Shown here piece by piece: positions 13,868 through 27,895 of a stretch of DNA of 64,000 nucleotides (the stretch's first letter is position 1; the number at the start of each line of letters is the position of its first letter). The translations under genes were made by a program, and so were the position numbers. Where the stretch lies: assembly GCA_012295275.1 (NCBI GenBank), contig CM022675.1, positions 9,176,001 to 9,240,000 of the forward strand, in the 5' to 3' direction. This DNA is from Chrysomallon squamiferum. Its lineage: Eukaryota > Animalia > Mollusca. The notes below the pieces were generated by a model. The model saw nothing but the letters and a program-made list of their open reading frames with translations. It was not told where the DNA came from and did not search any database.

Positions 13868-16697
13868 ATGGCAAGCATGGTGGCAAGTCTGATTCACACC
13901 ATCACCACACACACATCCGATGTGATGTGTGTAGCCTTCACCCACACCCACCTGGCAACCTGTGGGGGGGACAAGACCGTTCGCCTGTGGAACGTGGAAG
14001 ACTTCTCGGAAGAGGAGTGCTCTCCCCTGTTGGGGCACACGTACTACGTTCAGTGTTGCGCTTTTTCTCCGTTTGGGACGATTCTCGCGTCGTGTTCGAC
14101 TGATGGGAAGCTGATTCTGTGGAACATTAAGACGGGAGTGCCCACCGCAGTGCTGCAGCATCCAAGCCAGACGTGCATTCGAGTTTGCCGGTTCTCGCCG
14201 GATTCGACCAGAATTGTTTCAGGCGGCGATGACAACACCATCTGTATTTGGGAAGTGGCCACTCACAGACTTTTAGGGTGATTGATTTCGTTAATAGGTT
14301 TTAACGAGTAGTTAATTTAGTTAGAGTTATTTTTGTTGTTGTTATGATTATTATTGTAGTTATTAATATTAGTTTAGAATATGTAATTTATTCATAGAAG
14401 ATTTGAATAAATTTGTAATAAAAAACCCCAAAATTAAAATAAAATTGAAATAAAATAAAATAAAGTATATATAATATAAAATAAAATAAAATAAAGTAAA
14501 TTAATATATATATAAAATGTTATAGTTTACCACTTTTTATATGACTACACCAACTATAATGTAGATGTTAGTACATAAAATTACAAGACAAATGAATAAA
14601 TCTGCCCTGCCTTATCTGTTCACAGAAATAACAATATTTTTAAATGCTTCTAGGTTGCTTTTATCTTACAAAAATTTATATGTTCTTTTGATGGCATATA
14701 AATGTGCTGACATGTTACAGTTATTCAAGTGAGTTACCTCCCTTGTATATAACGCTTTCATTTAAAATAATACCAATTTCATTATTCAGATCACTGACAG
14801 GGCACGAAGAGTCTGTTGTTGCCTGTGCCTTCAGCTCAGATAGTAATTATCTTGTGTCGGGCAGCATCAATGGGGATCTGAGAATTTGGGACGCCAAGTT
14901 TGGGCACGGCAAATGTCTGGCATTTGAACTAGATGGACACGACTTGGGTGTGACTTGCTGTGAATTTTCACCAACTTATGGCACTGCAGGTATTGTTTTT
15001 ATTGATTTTCAGCAGTATATGGGGTTTTTTTTGTTATTTTTTTTAATCTGTTTAAGGGAAAAAGAAATATTTTATTAAGAGTTCTCGTATCTTGTATTTG
15101 TCACTACAGCTAAAAAACAAACATGATTTATATTTTCCTGTTTGTGGGAGTGTGCCTATAAAAGATCACTTACTGCTAATTTATAAGAACAGTTCAATGA
15201 TGTGGCAGCAATAAATTATAAAGTATCCAGTTTATAAGAAAACTGTATTTTGTACAATAATAACCATTAATACAATATGTTATAAATTTCATTATTCATT
15301 AATTTTTTTTCTTTCATTCTTTCTTTCCTTTACATTAAAATATAGGATTTATACTTGTTAGAGATTTCCTTGAGTTTCTCTTATTTTCTAAAGAAAGTTG
15401 TAATGAAAAATACATTATACTGATTTATTTATTTATTTATTTATTTATTTATTTCAGAAAAACCTGAGAGTCTAGTGGCTAATTTTTTGCTGGCTACATG
15501 TGGAAAAGATGATCTTGTAAAAATGTGGGAATTTACTGCAAAGGTTGGCTCTGCAAGTGAGTTATCTCCCTTACATGTAATTCTTTTATAATAAAAAAAA
15601 TACCAGTTTCAGTTATATTTCAAAAAAAGATGAAGAATCACTATATTTAAAAGTATTATCTACATCACTAATCTGCATTTAAAAATGTTTTAAGAAATTA
15701 TTATAGCATGTGTCCTTTTAAGACAAGCAATTGCTTAATTCAGGTTAATTCAAATTATATCAGATTTAGAGAATAAAAATGTGTCCTCACTGCACAGGTT
15801 GCTGCTTAATGGAGTTTATTTATTTATTTATTTTTAATTTTTTTCAGCTGTTTTATTAAAACTTCGAGACACACTGCCAGGACACACAGACATTGTAAAC
15901 TCCTGTTGTTTTAACCCTAAAGGAGACATTTTGGCCTCAGGGTGAATTTTAATTTAATATCTTTTTTTCTAATATATTTTATATCATTAACAATACAATA
16001 AGAGAAATAGTAAAAAGCCAAGTCTTGGTTTGCTAACAGTCTTGTTTAATTGGCAAAAGTTGAATCTTTTTTCAGATAACAATACAAAAAGAAAATAAAA
16101 ACAAAAATTAAGTCTTGTTTTATATTATGGAAAAAAATAATCACAAAATTGATATATTATGGAGATATTTTATTTTTTTTAACAATTTTTAAAGGATTTA
16201 TTATTATTATTTTTTTTAAATAAAGAAAAAGTGAAATTATTAAGGATATTGCAAAAGTGACTGTTTTAATGTCAAATTTTGATAAAGATTTAAAAAGTTC
16301 ACAAGATAAAAACAAAACAATGTCATGAAAGTAACCAAATTCTGTTTATGGCTTTTAGATCATACAAGCAAAGTTATATTTTTTTTTTTTTTTTCAGTTT
16401 AAAACTGGATTTTCTCATTCACTCAGATTAATTCAAAATAAAAGCTTTAATACTTAAAATTCATTTAAAATTAAAAACAAATTTATGATTTTGTTATGTA
16501 AATAAAATTTAATTTAATCCTGTCATATAAAGATAATTGTTTTAGTTGGGTGAAAATAAAATAATTTGTTTTTAATGATTTCAGATCCATGGATAAAACA
16601 GTTCGTTTATGGAATCCAGTGAGTTTGATTTTCCTTCTAATTTTTTGCATATTGAGAGAAAAAAATATATATGCATGTATTCATGTACAAAGGTTGA

Positions 16698-16746
<49 letters not shown>

Positions 16747-19203
16747 AGATCATGTGTGTGCATGTTTTAATACATATGTATATAAATTTATTTGAAAGAC
16801 TGATATCACCTGACTATTGATGAATATGTACTGAATTGTTTACTTTTTTAATTTACTTTTTTTTTTTTCAGTTAAAAGGAACTCCAATTTTCACAATTCA
16901 AGGACATGAAAGGTTTATATAATACTACTTATTATCTTCTTAAAATCTTTTAAATTTTAATTTAGTTTTTTTTTAATATTTTATTTATACTTGGAGAATA
17001 ATCTGGAAATATTATTATATGAACATGCATCCTTATTTATTTATTTACTTATATGTATACTATTTATTATTATAAATATATTTAAACCAAAAAAAATATT
17101 ACACATTAATTTATTCTTATTATTTCTAATGTTTTCCCATATTTATCAATAACATCATTAGCAATATGACAACAAATAATTTATCTAAAATTTTATTTTA
17201 TTTCTTCTGTTTAGGTTTGTGTTGAGCATTGATTTTTCACTGGATGGGAAATTGCTCGCCTCTGGTTCAAATGACAAAACTGTGATGATTTGGAAACTAA
17301 CAGACACCTCTAAAATAATGGGTAAATAATGTTAATGATATAATAAAATATATAGATTATAAATACACACAATGAATAGTTTTTAATACACTCAAGAAAT
17401 TATATTTATTTCCATACATTAATTTATGAATTTTATTTAATTTAAAGTTTAATATAAATTTATTTTGTTTTATATTTTATTTTTTTATTTTTTTCATTTT
17501 ACTTTATATATTTTTTTATGGCTGTAAATATTTTCTAAAACTCTTATTATTTAAAATTTAATTTTACTTTTTTTGTTTTAATTTTTTTTTTTTTTTTTAT
17601 GTTATGTTATTTTTTTATTTTTTTATTTATTTTTTAATTAGCTGGTCTAACTGGTTACGAAGAACCAGAAACTTCAACAAGCAAGGCTGTGTCGAAGGGA
17701 AGTAACTCAACTTTAGAAAAATGGTCTGTGGATGATGTATGTGCTTGGATTGTCTCCCTTGGACTGGAGAAATATACTGAAAATTTTCGAGAACATGCCA
17801 TTGATGGTCCAGAATTGCTTACTTTATCTTCTGAAGATCTTGAGAAATATTTAGGAATTGGTTAGTATAGAAAAATCATATTTTCTGTAAATTTAAAAAA
17901 AAAAAATCATGATTATATTAAAGTCAACTGAATATTTCACTATTTATGTGGTTATGATGGGTTTAAATATTGTTAAAAACTGGTTTTGGGTGAAATCTTT
18001 CAAGATAAAAATTAATAATGGAGCCTACTTTTGATATTGTTGAATAATAGCATTTTCATATAAGATATATGCAAATGAGCTGTACCATTATCCAAATACT
18101 ATTAAGAAAATACTTAAATATTTTGTGGCTCAAACTACAATAACTACATTCTTTATGTACTGTGGTGATAGTGAATCTTAACTTGTCATTTTTACCTTCC
18201 TGAAAAAATCTTTTGAACATCTTTTTCTGCATTGTAAAATCATCCAAACATTATAGAAAATAGTGTTTGGGTGAGGTTTTCATCAACAGCATTGCATTTT
18301 ATCTTTTTGTAAAGATGTATTCCGTCATTATTTTTTATCAAGTAATTTTATATTCATAAATGTGAATCTTCACGTTATCATGCATATCACATTGTTCAGC
18401 TATATATAAGATGTTTTGATGAATAAATAAAATACAAACTTTGGGAATTATTTGAAAAGAAAAAAATGTTTTTACAAACTATAAATGAATATACCAAATT
18501 AAATGAAATGATAATACATTTTTTCAGTGTATATATATATATATATATATGTATAATTGTGAGTGTGTAATCAGCTTGTCAACTTTCTGTTAATGTTTAA
18601 AAGTATTTTCTCTTTTAGTTGCCCTTGGCCATAGAAATAAAATATTACGAAGCAGAGACAGCATACTAGAACAACCCCTCTCTCCCTCCTTTGATAGTGG
18701 TAAGTTGATTAGAGTTTGTAAATGAAATTGTATTATAATACAGACATTTTATTATTATTTATTTATTTTATTTTATTTATTTACTTTATTATTATTATTT
18801 TTATTATTATTATTATTATTATTTTTTATTATTATTATTTTTTTTTTGATTGGCAAACTATTATAATCTTTGAACTTAAATGAATGTATTCAAACTGATT
18901 TTCACTATTTTTTTTTTATATTTGTCAATATATTGATATATGAATTTATTACATTTCCTATAGTATTCCATTTTAGTGAACTATAGATATATATATTGAT
19001 GTGAGTATGTGTGTGTATGTTGTTGTATATGTATGTAAAAGTTTGCATATGAGTGTATCTATATCTGCACCAGATGTCACTGGCCATTAAATCTGTACAT
19101 TATTTTTAATTCATTTTTAAACACTAAATCTTCATAATTAACAGATTGTTGTTTTTTTTTTTTTTTAATTTCAATTAAATAATAACTCTTCATAATTAAC
19201 TAA

Positions 19204-19252
<49 letters not shown>

Positions 19253-19971
19253 TTCAGAAGCTGGTACCAGTAATACACAAGATGAATTTCTGTGTCCAAT
19301 CACCAGAGAAATAATGGTTGATCCAGTCATTGCAGCTGGTCTGTATCTGTACAAAAACTCTTTTCACCTTGAATGTCCTCCACACACTAACATTTTTAAT
19401 TCTGTAATTATTCAAATCCAAAAACCCTTTTTTTTTTTTTTGTTTTGTTTCGTTTTTGAGGAATTATTAATTGTTTTGAGTTGATGTTGTTATAGTATTT
19501 AATATTTAAAATATTTGCCAAATTTCTTTTATAAATATTTTTTTATTAAATATAAATACTATTATATTTTTTATTTTAACACCTTTTTTCTTCTGTTTTA
19601 AAAAAATTATTATTTTATCATTACAACAATATTATTTCTTACAATTTATTACTATTTTCATAGTATAATTACATCATTTTTTTTTTCAAATACAGTTATA
19701 CGACTCAATATTTTTAAAGCTTTAAATTAAATTTTTACTTTTCATGTTACATTTAATTTACTATTTTTAAACCTGATTTAATCTGTATTATTATTCAGAT
19801 GGCTACACCTACGACAGACTTGCTATTCAGGCCTGGTTTGAGAAAGGGAAGAACCTCAGTCCAATGACAAATGCAGTTCTGATACATCGCAACCTTACAC
19901 CCAACAGAACCTTAAAGATGCTGATACAAAAATTTATAGAAAAAAACAAACCAATAGGTTCATGTACTTAA
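13868..19971 (+). CDS. WDSUB1: WD repeat, SAM and U-box domain-containing protein 1, 11 coding exons, 512 aa
   Basis: join(13868..14277,14790..14989,15458..15556,15848..15941,16585..16618,16872..16912,17215..17321,17642..17860,18619..18699,19258..19338,19799..19971) = 1539 nt, GT-AG with consistent phases. WD40 repeats (GH...CAFSP...DGKLILWN), SAM domain (WSVDDVCAWIVSLGLEKYTENFREHAIDG...ALGHRNKIL), U-box ([33 protein letters not shown]...SPMTN...LTPNRTLK). Confidence 0.96.
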
Positions 19972-20600
19972 TACAGATTTAAAATATATCTCTAAACATT
20001 CACAGAAATGAAGGTCCATTGTTCCATTTAGACTGACAGAAATACAGAAATTTATTAAATGATTTAAATGTACATGTAGATTTGAGATATATCTCCACAA
20101 GCACTCAACATGAAGGTCCACTGTTTCTTTTAGACTGACAGAATTAAGAGACAGAATTCTTCAAATTCATGTTAATGCAGAGATTTATAGAAAAACTAAA
20201 CTGATGCAAATGCACAGATGGATTTAAAACATGTCTTTGTAGCTATGCCACTGAAGGTCTTTTAGACTTATATAATTTCAAAGATTGTCAATCTTGCTCT
20301 CTCATGTTAATACAGAAATTTATAGAAAAACCAAGCTGATGTGAATATACATGTAATTTTAAAATATATCTCTGTAAGTACACCACTGGTTTTTTGAGGC
20401 AACTGAAGATTCAGTATCTCATTAGATGGACAAAATTACAAGAGATTCTATATTATGTAGTGTTACAGTTTGCTGTAATATGTATGTGTGTCTGTGTGTG
20501 TGTTTTAGACTTGACAGAATTACAAGAGTATTCTTAAAATGTCAGCAGCTATTAATCTGGTTCTTGTATTAATACAGAAATTTACAGAAAAACTGAACTG
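19918..20600 (+). repeat. Degenerate ~110-140 bp tandem repeat beginning in the last WDSUB1 codons and extending into the 3'UTR
   Basis: Anchor atacagaaatttatagaaaaa-like at about 19924, 20042, 20175, 20310 and 20572. Anchor ttagactgacagaa-like at about 20028, 20129, 20262, 20422 and 20505. Confidence 0.8.
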
Positions 20601-21798
20601 TCATAGACTGTTTTCTGTTTTGTGCAATTTCAGTTGACTTTTTTACACCATAGCTGTTAACAGTGATTTTGTTTCTATTTAGCTCATCTTTTAGGCTAAA
20701 AACATTGACTGAATTTCTGATCTTTTCTTCAGCCAGTTACAAATTATATATATTATAGAGGATAAGGCTACCAGAAAATAATAATAATTATAATAATAAT
20801 ATAATAAAAACAATAATAACAATAATAATAATAAAATAAAACAATAATAATAATATTAATAAAATAATAATATAATAATATAAATAATAACAGTAACAAA
20901 TAAATAAGTAAGTAATATTAATAATAAATAAATAAATAATAACTGAATCAAAACTTTTAAAAAAATTCATTAAATTACATTTATCCTTAGTTATATATTA
21001 TAATAAATAAACATGCTGACATTTCATTTATTTAATATAATCATGTAAAATTAAGACATTTAAAAAAAAAAAAAATAATACTCTGATTAGATTCATTTTG
21101 TTGGTAAATGGCAAAACATATTCAATGGTAAGAGTTTGAAACAGACTGTGACAAAAAACCAGTGGAGTATTTTTATTAAGATGATGATGTCTGAATGTCA
21201 GAAATTTATGTGACATTGAATATTTTTATTATATGTATATCTATATACATGTTTTGAAAAATTGATTAAATGTTTTTATTCTGTGTGTATATATATATAT
21301 ATATATATTTGTATATCTGAAAGCATTTTCTGTGTTAAAACTTATGCTAATTTTACAACATATGCATATAAATATATATATTTATGCATGCATGTATAAA
21401 CAGATTTATGGATAGATTCATACATTCAGTGTTTGACATAGTGTACACCATCAAACTCACTTGTATGCATGTCAGGTTGTAACAAAAGTTCTGTCCACTT
21501 TTTTAAGTAAACATATTTAAATATCTGGCAAGTTAAAATGTTCACTGACAAATGGAAAGAGGTAACAGAGAAGAATTGTGACTATATTAAGATTTAAATA
21601 AATCTTGTGATTTTTTTTTGGTTGTTTTTTATTGACCCTTATAAAATGGACTGAACTTTTGTTACAAACAAATTCATATATATAAACTTAACTGCTTACA
21701 TATATAAATATATTACATACATACATAAATATACAGATACCCAGATAGATTGATATACATCATGTTTCTCTATCCACATCCAACATAAACAAATATGT

Positions 21799-21872
<74 letters not shown>

Positions 21873-23832
21873 CTATACACATCACTGTACATCATTTAAA
21901 ATCACATTTTTGGACACTACAGGGTTTACAGTATTCAGTGCCTGTTAACAAAAACCAAAAAAAAACCAACAAGGCAGCACAAACAACTGATGCCTTGAGT
22001 ACATACTGACTGACAGACAGACAGACAGACAGACAGGATCCACTGAAATCTGAACAATCATTTTTAAAACCTATGGGACCAGTAATTTTGTAATGATCAG
22101 ATGAACATTATAAAATTAACCAATATACCAATTTTATTGTGATTTTTTGTATATGATAATTATGTTATTAAAATCATGAAATTGTGTGTGTGTGTGTCTC
22201 TGTGTGGGTATAAAATTTAGTTTTTTTTAAATTATTTAATTAAATTTTTTATATCATGTTTCTATTATTTGTTTATCCATTTTGTTATTTTTTAAATAAA
22301 TTTATTGTTTTTTGTTTTTATATCATTTTTTGTTTGTTGTTTTGTTTTTTGTGTGTGTATATGAGATATATATATATATAATTATTTTATTTTATATAAA
22401 TCATTTTAATATATTATTATTATTGTTAGTGTTGTTATTATTATTATTATCATTATCATTATTTTATTATTATTATTATTATTATTTTATTTACACCAGA
22501 GTCTCTAAGTATTGTGAATATTACTGCAGTCTGGTTTGAATGTGAAGAGTGGAATTTTGTACTGTGACTTTTTATATAGATATAAAAAGAAATCATGAAA
22601 TATTGTCACTAAAATTTCGTTGAAGTTCAAGTAAGAGAAATTATTTAATATTAATTCATAATATAAAAGTTATGGAAAGCCTGTGTATGTCTCTATTTAG
22701 TTTTATTATTACTGTTACTGATGTTACTGTTTTTATTATTATTATTATTATTATTAATATTATTATTGTCGTTAATTTTATTATTATTAAATAAATTTTT
22801 AAATATTTTTATTACTGTAATATTTAGTTTTTTTGTTTTTACATTTTTACTTTTATTATCATATTATTAAATAAATTTGTTAATATAAAAAAAATTATTA
22901 CATTATTACAAATATTATATATTTATTAAAATATTGGCATTGCTATTAAATTTGTTAATAATAAATGATGGTGAAGATGATGATGATGATGATAATTATA
23001 ATAATAAATTTTCATAAATATTTTCCTGTTTTAATAAAATCAAAAAGTGCCTCATTTTGCTATATCTGTGAATTTATTCATAATTATGTGATAAAATTAA
23101 ATTTTTTATTACAAATTTTTCTTCTCTAAGTTTAAAAATGCTCAATTTTGCATTTGATGCAGAATATGATGAATTTGAATCAATGTGCATATAATTTAAT
23201 ATTTTTGTTAATTTTGTACATTTATGTACACTTGAGTGTGTGGGATTCAAAAGTTTCAAAAGATTTTGTAAAATAACAGTCTCTACTGCTTAGGTTTGCT
23301 AGCTTTATGTTACTTTTTTATTTCAAACCCTATTTCTATTCTCCAGTTTTATAATATTCTTTAATAAAATTTTATTTTAAAATTAAAGAAATTTCACAAA
23401 ACCTTGAGGCCTTAGTTTTTTTTAATTTTATAGATTAAATAAAACTCTGTTTGTATTTATATATTTCTAAATGTAGACCCATTTAATCATGTTATAGATT
23501 ATTTTGCATAAATACTGGTAATTCAAAGAGAAAAATGAATGAATGAATAAAAACTGAAAAAATTTAAACTTAAATAAAAACTTGATTTTGTTATAATGCT
23601 CAGTTTACATGTTTATCTGTTCAAAAATATTTGTTACCTTTAATTTATTTTACTTTGATGAATGCCATATATTATTCAATATTTAATGTAATAAAATAAT
23701 TTATGAAAGTAAAATATTTTATTTTTCATTTAATTTTGTTTGAGAAAAGTAACATAATAAAATTATGTAATATAATGTAACAAATAATGCAATAAAACAG
23801 CAGTATAAAATAAAATAATAACCTAAATAAAG

Positions 23833-23998
23833 AAAGATGTTCACTGATATATATTTAGAGTTAAAGCCCTTGTGTGAGAGATGTTCAGTGGTATATTTAG
23901 AGTTACCGCCCTTGTGTGAAAGATGTTCCGTAGTATATTTAGAGTTACCGCCCTTGTGTGAGAGATATACTGATATATTTAGAACCGAACTTGTGTGA
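23833..23998. repeat. ~40-43 bp minisatellite, about 4 copies
   Basis: Unit agatgttc...tatatttagagttaccgcccttgtgtga, repeated head-to-tail with a degenerate fourth copy. Confidence 0.85.
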
Positions 23999-24008
23999 AT
24001 ATATACGT

Positions 24009-24295
24009 TTATTCATCATCTATTTTGTGCTGATGAGAAATATGAGCCTGACGTGTCTTGGCAATTTCTTCAAAAATATTGTAATGTGCGCATGCTCATC
24101 AGCCAAAACTTGTTTCGAACGAATTTACAACGTGTACAAAATCTTCTTCCGGGCAACCGGCTATTTCTTACTGGAGATCTTATCGCTCTTAACATAATCA
24201 GTTTTTTATCATCACAAATATGTACCTAGATCCTAGAATTTCGTGGGGCACAACTTAGCACTAGTGCGCCCGGGCACACCCTTTGAGAACTACTG
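24009..24295 (-). mobile_element. Internally deleted hAT (Charlie/Buster-like) DNA transposon remnant
   Basis: The minus strand begins cagtagttctcaaagggtgtgcccgggcgcactagtg at 24295, a hAT-type CAGTRGTTCTCAA terminus flanked by atataaat with a central TA. Minus strand ~24078-24009 reads IFEEIAKTRQAHISHQ..., resembling the QAHxSH C-terminus of Charlie/Buster transposases. No second TIR was found. Confidence 0.55.
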
Positions 24296-24298
24296 ATA

Positions 24299-24329
<31 letters not shown>

Positions 24330-24987
24330 ATTTAGAGAAAACTTGTCTGATCTTGTTGTTGCTAAAAATTTCCGCAGTTAACTCCCTTGAGTTGAAACTA
24401 GGTTAATGAAAATTAATAAATATTCATAATGTGAATTTTGATTAATAATTTCCTTGTTGGTATTATTAAATATGTTTTTAGAGTAATGTCTATTAATGTT
24501 GTATTTTTTTTTTTTTGGTTTTTTAAATTTTGTTATAAAAATGCTGCTTAAGTAACTGGCTGCCAACCTTTTGTAATAATAAAGCCCACGATAATAATAT
24601 ACTCTGGATGGTATTTCTATTAAATTATTAACAAATATACGTAACAGGTCTCAACTGTTTCTTCTTGTTTACTGAAATTATTAGTACTAGTAATACGAGT
24701 AGGTGTACTAGCAGCAGTATTAGCAGTAGTAATAATATTGTTGTTATTGTCAGTACTGCTGTTTTGTTGTTATCGTTTTTTTTTTTTTTTTTTTTTTGTT
24801 GTTTTTAATTGTTGTATTTTGGATGAGTGTGGTTTTTTTTGTGTTATTTTTAATTGTTTCATCGTATTATTTTTATTAGTAGTATTGTTGTTATTGTTGC
24901 TGTAATTATCGTTGAAATGTTTTGTTTTACTGTTGTTCTTTCTTTGTTTTTATTACTATTTTACTGTTGTGTGGCAGATATGTTAGT

Positions 24988-25048
24988 TCTTCTCCTTCTT
25001 CTCCTCCTTCTCCTCCTCCTCCTCCTTCTTCTTCTTCTTCTTCTTCTT

Positions 25049-25078
<30 letters not shown>
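24988..25078. repeat. (CCT)n/(CTT)n microsatellite
   Basis: Direct read. Confidence 0.9.
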
Positions 25079-25079
<1 letters not shown>

Positions 25080-25388
25080 TATTACTACAGTCGTATTCCA
25101 GTTGCTTGGAGTCTTTGTAGTGGACAACACGGCTCGCAAAAATTTCAAAATTCTTTCATATATCTTTCTCGTTCGTACATCTAGCAGCAATATTTTAAAA
25201 TCGTAATTAAAATAACCGTCTTTACATTATTGTTTTATTCAGGAATTCAAATGTGTCAGAAGTGCACTATCACCTTTGCTTAAGTCTAGGTACGGTCATA
25301 TTCATTGAAAGAGACCACATAATCATCATCATCTTCTTCGTTATTCGTTTCTTTTCTGTTTAATTGACGACTGTTAAGTCTTAAGTGA

Positions 25389-25442
<54 letters not shown>

Positions 25443-27625
25443 TAATAATAATAAAATAATAATAGAGAGTGCAATGTAGGATCCAATGCATGGATCGACG
25501 TTTGAAGGAAGAAAGAAAAAAACAAAAAACAAGCACGTGCAATATTAACGATACTATCTTAGCGAATAAATGAAAGTATTCATTGATTTAGATCGAATGA
25601 AATAAAACAATATAATGAAACAAAACAAACATCAATTTAGACACGATTCTGACGAGCAATGGCGGACAGATTATGTTTATAGAACATGCAGCCGTACAAA
25701 GGCAAATTTCGTGTTTACTTTCGCGCATTGCCCGCTGTCGGCGCACGTGCTAACATCTCCGTATGTGTTGTCGTCCACGCAAGGAATCCGTTGTCGTGTG
25801 TGTGTGTGAAGTAGAATCACGCAGATGATGACGTCGGCAAACAAATGCAGGTCGCATATCAAGAGACGATTAATTTCCTGTTATTCTTCGCTCGTGGCAA
25901 CGTCAAATACAATTACGCACGCAGCCACCCGACTCCTTGTTTGTTTTCCCCTGACTCGGCTTGCTCCGGATTGCTTCGGGTGGCTTCGCCAAACTTTGGC
26001 TTTTGTACGGAGCGTGGAACTTTAGCCGGGTTGGATTTGTGGAAATACAATTTTAATTTCCTGAACAGAATTAAAAAGACGTTTTAGAAAATATTTTGGT
26101 ACTTCTCAAGTTGCGGAAAGAAGTCTTCGGCTTTTTGAAAGAGTCATGAATATAAATATTAATTATCACGATCCATTATGCAGCACGCACGCACACACGC
26201 ACGCGCGCACGCACATACACAAACATACGCAGACAAAACACAGACAGACCCAGATCCAGGAATTTCAGCAATTATGGAATAAAAAAAAAAAGTATCGTGT
26301 TTTTGATTCCTGATCAAATAAATAATTTAACATGTATTGTTTATGAGTTCTGAGTAAAATATGCAAATAAAACTACTACAAATAATAAACAAGTTAATTT
26401 TAACTGCTAGAATCTTGACAAAAAAGTAACCAATAAACGTATCCGATTTGATGACAGAACAGGAGCTAGACATAAAATGGAAACAGGAAACTGAAAAGCA
26501 GCGAATATCCCATTTCCATCACTGAAATGGACAGACACTTACATACAGGGTTTTGTTAGTTTTGTTGGGGTTTTTTTTTTTTTTTTTATGTGTTACTTTT
26601 TTTGTTAGTTGTGTTGCTTTTTTTTTAAAGTGTATATTAATTGGCGTAACTATTAGAAAATACACGTATGAAATGATAAAGTTTTTGCTCGTGTGACTGA
26701 AATAAGAAACAGGCCAATATATATATACATAGTCACAGGCATAGAGACAACTGTAGTATGAGTAAAAAACAGTATGCAATTTGAGCATTTTTGATTATTA
26801 CTAATAAAAATGTTATTCATATATATCTAAAGAAATATATATATATATATATAAATATTTACTACTATTATAAACCATCATTAGTATCATTATCATTATT
26901 ATCATAAACCTTATCATTATTTTTATTGATGTTATTATTGTCAGCTTTATCATTACTGTCATCATCAAGATGATCGTCATTGTCGTTATTATTATCGTAT
27001 TATTATTATTATTATCGTATTATTAATATTATTATTATTATCGAATTACTGTTATTACATTATCGACAGAGTCCAAATGTTCAGCATGTATTTTCTGAAA
27101 TCTCATTCTTCACAAAAATAAACAACAACAATAAAAACCTGCACTAATCAAGCGCGGCCTTCCCCCCCACACCTTTCCTTTAATGGCGGCGGCGTCAAAA
27201 TGAACGCAGACGTTAAAACAAAAAATACCGCGACGTTTGGTGTGCACCGTTTGTAAATTGGATAACAGAAGGCCGCTGCAGACGAGCCCGCGGTCACGAG
27301 CGAATTTATAATTTGGGCGTAGAATTAATCAGCAATTGTACCTGAATATGATACCGCCGTATTCATCTTGATAACGAGTTTTTAGCTGCATTACGTGGAT
27401 GGTCGGCTCGGACAATTAGATTACCAGTATCAGTCGTCGATCAACCTGTCACGACAGACACACTTTTCAGGTACCGGTAGATGGCGCTGTAACAAACGAA
27501 GGGACAGATGGGGACGGTTTTGTAACGTGGTTATCAGATCGCCTGAAACCGTAAAATGTGAGAAATTTGAAAAATGATTTTTTTTTTTTTTTTTACCGTT
27601 ATTGTTGTGATGATATGATGTTAAA

Positions 27626-27628
<3 letters not shown>

Positions 27629-27704
<76 letters not shown>

Positions 27705-27729
27705 GTGTGTGTGTGTGTGTGTGTGTGTG

Positions 27730-27790
<61 letters not shown>

Positions 27791-27829
27791 CTCTCTCTCT
27801 GTGTGTTTGTGTGTCTCTGTGTGTGTGTG

Positions 27830-27891
<62 letters not shown>
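27629..27891. repeat. Compound (CT)n/(GT)n microsatellite
   Basis: Direct read. It explains the LSLS/CVCV/ERER ORFs. Confidence 0.95.

Positions 27892-27895
<4 letters not shown>

Noticed and set aside
23984-23997. ccgaacttgtg resembling the 3' half of miR-100
   Set aside because: It lacks the 5' seed portion and any hairpin, and is a degenerate unit of the minisatellite.
23833-23998. Regularly spaced ~41-bp repeats as a possible CRISPR array
   Set aside because: Units are head-to-tail without unique spacers, the context is eukaryotic, and there are no cas genes.
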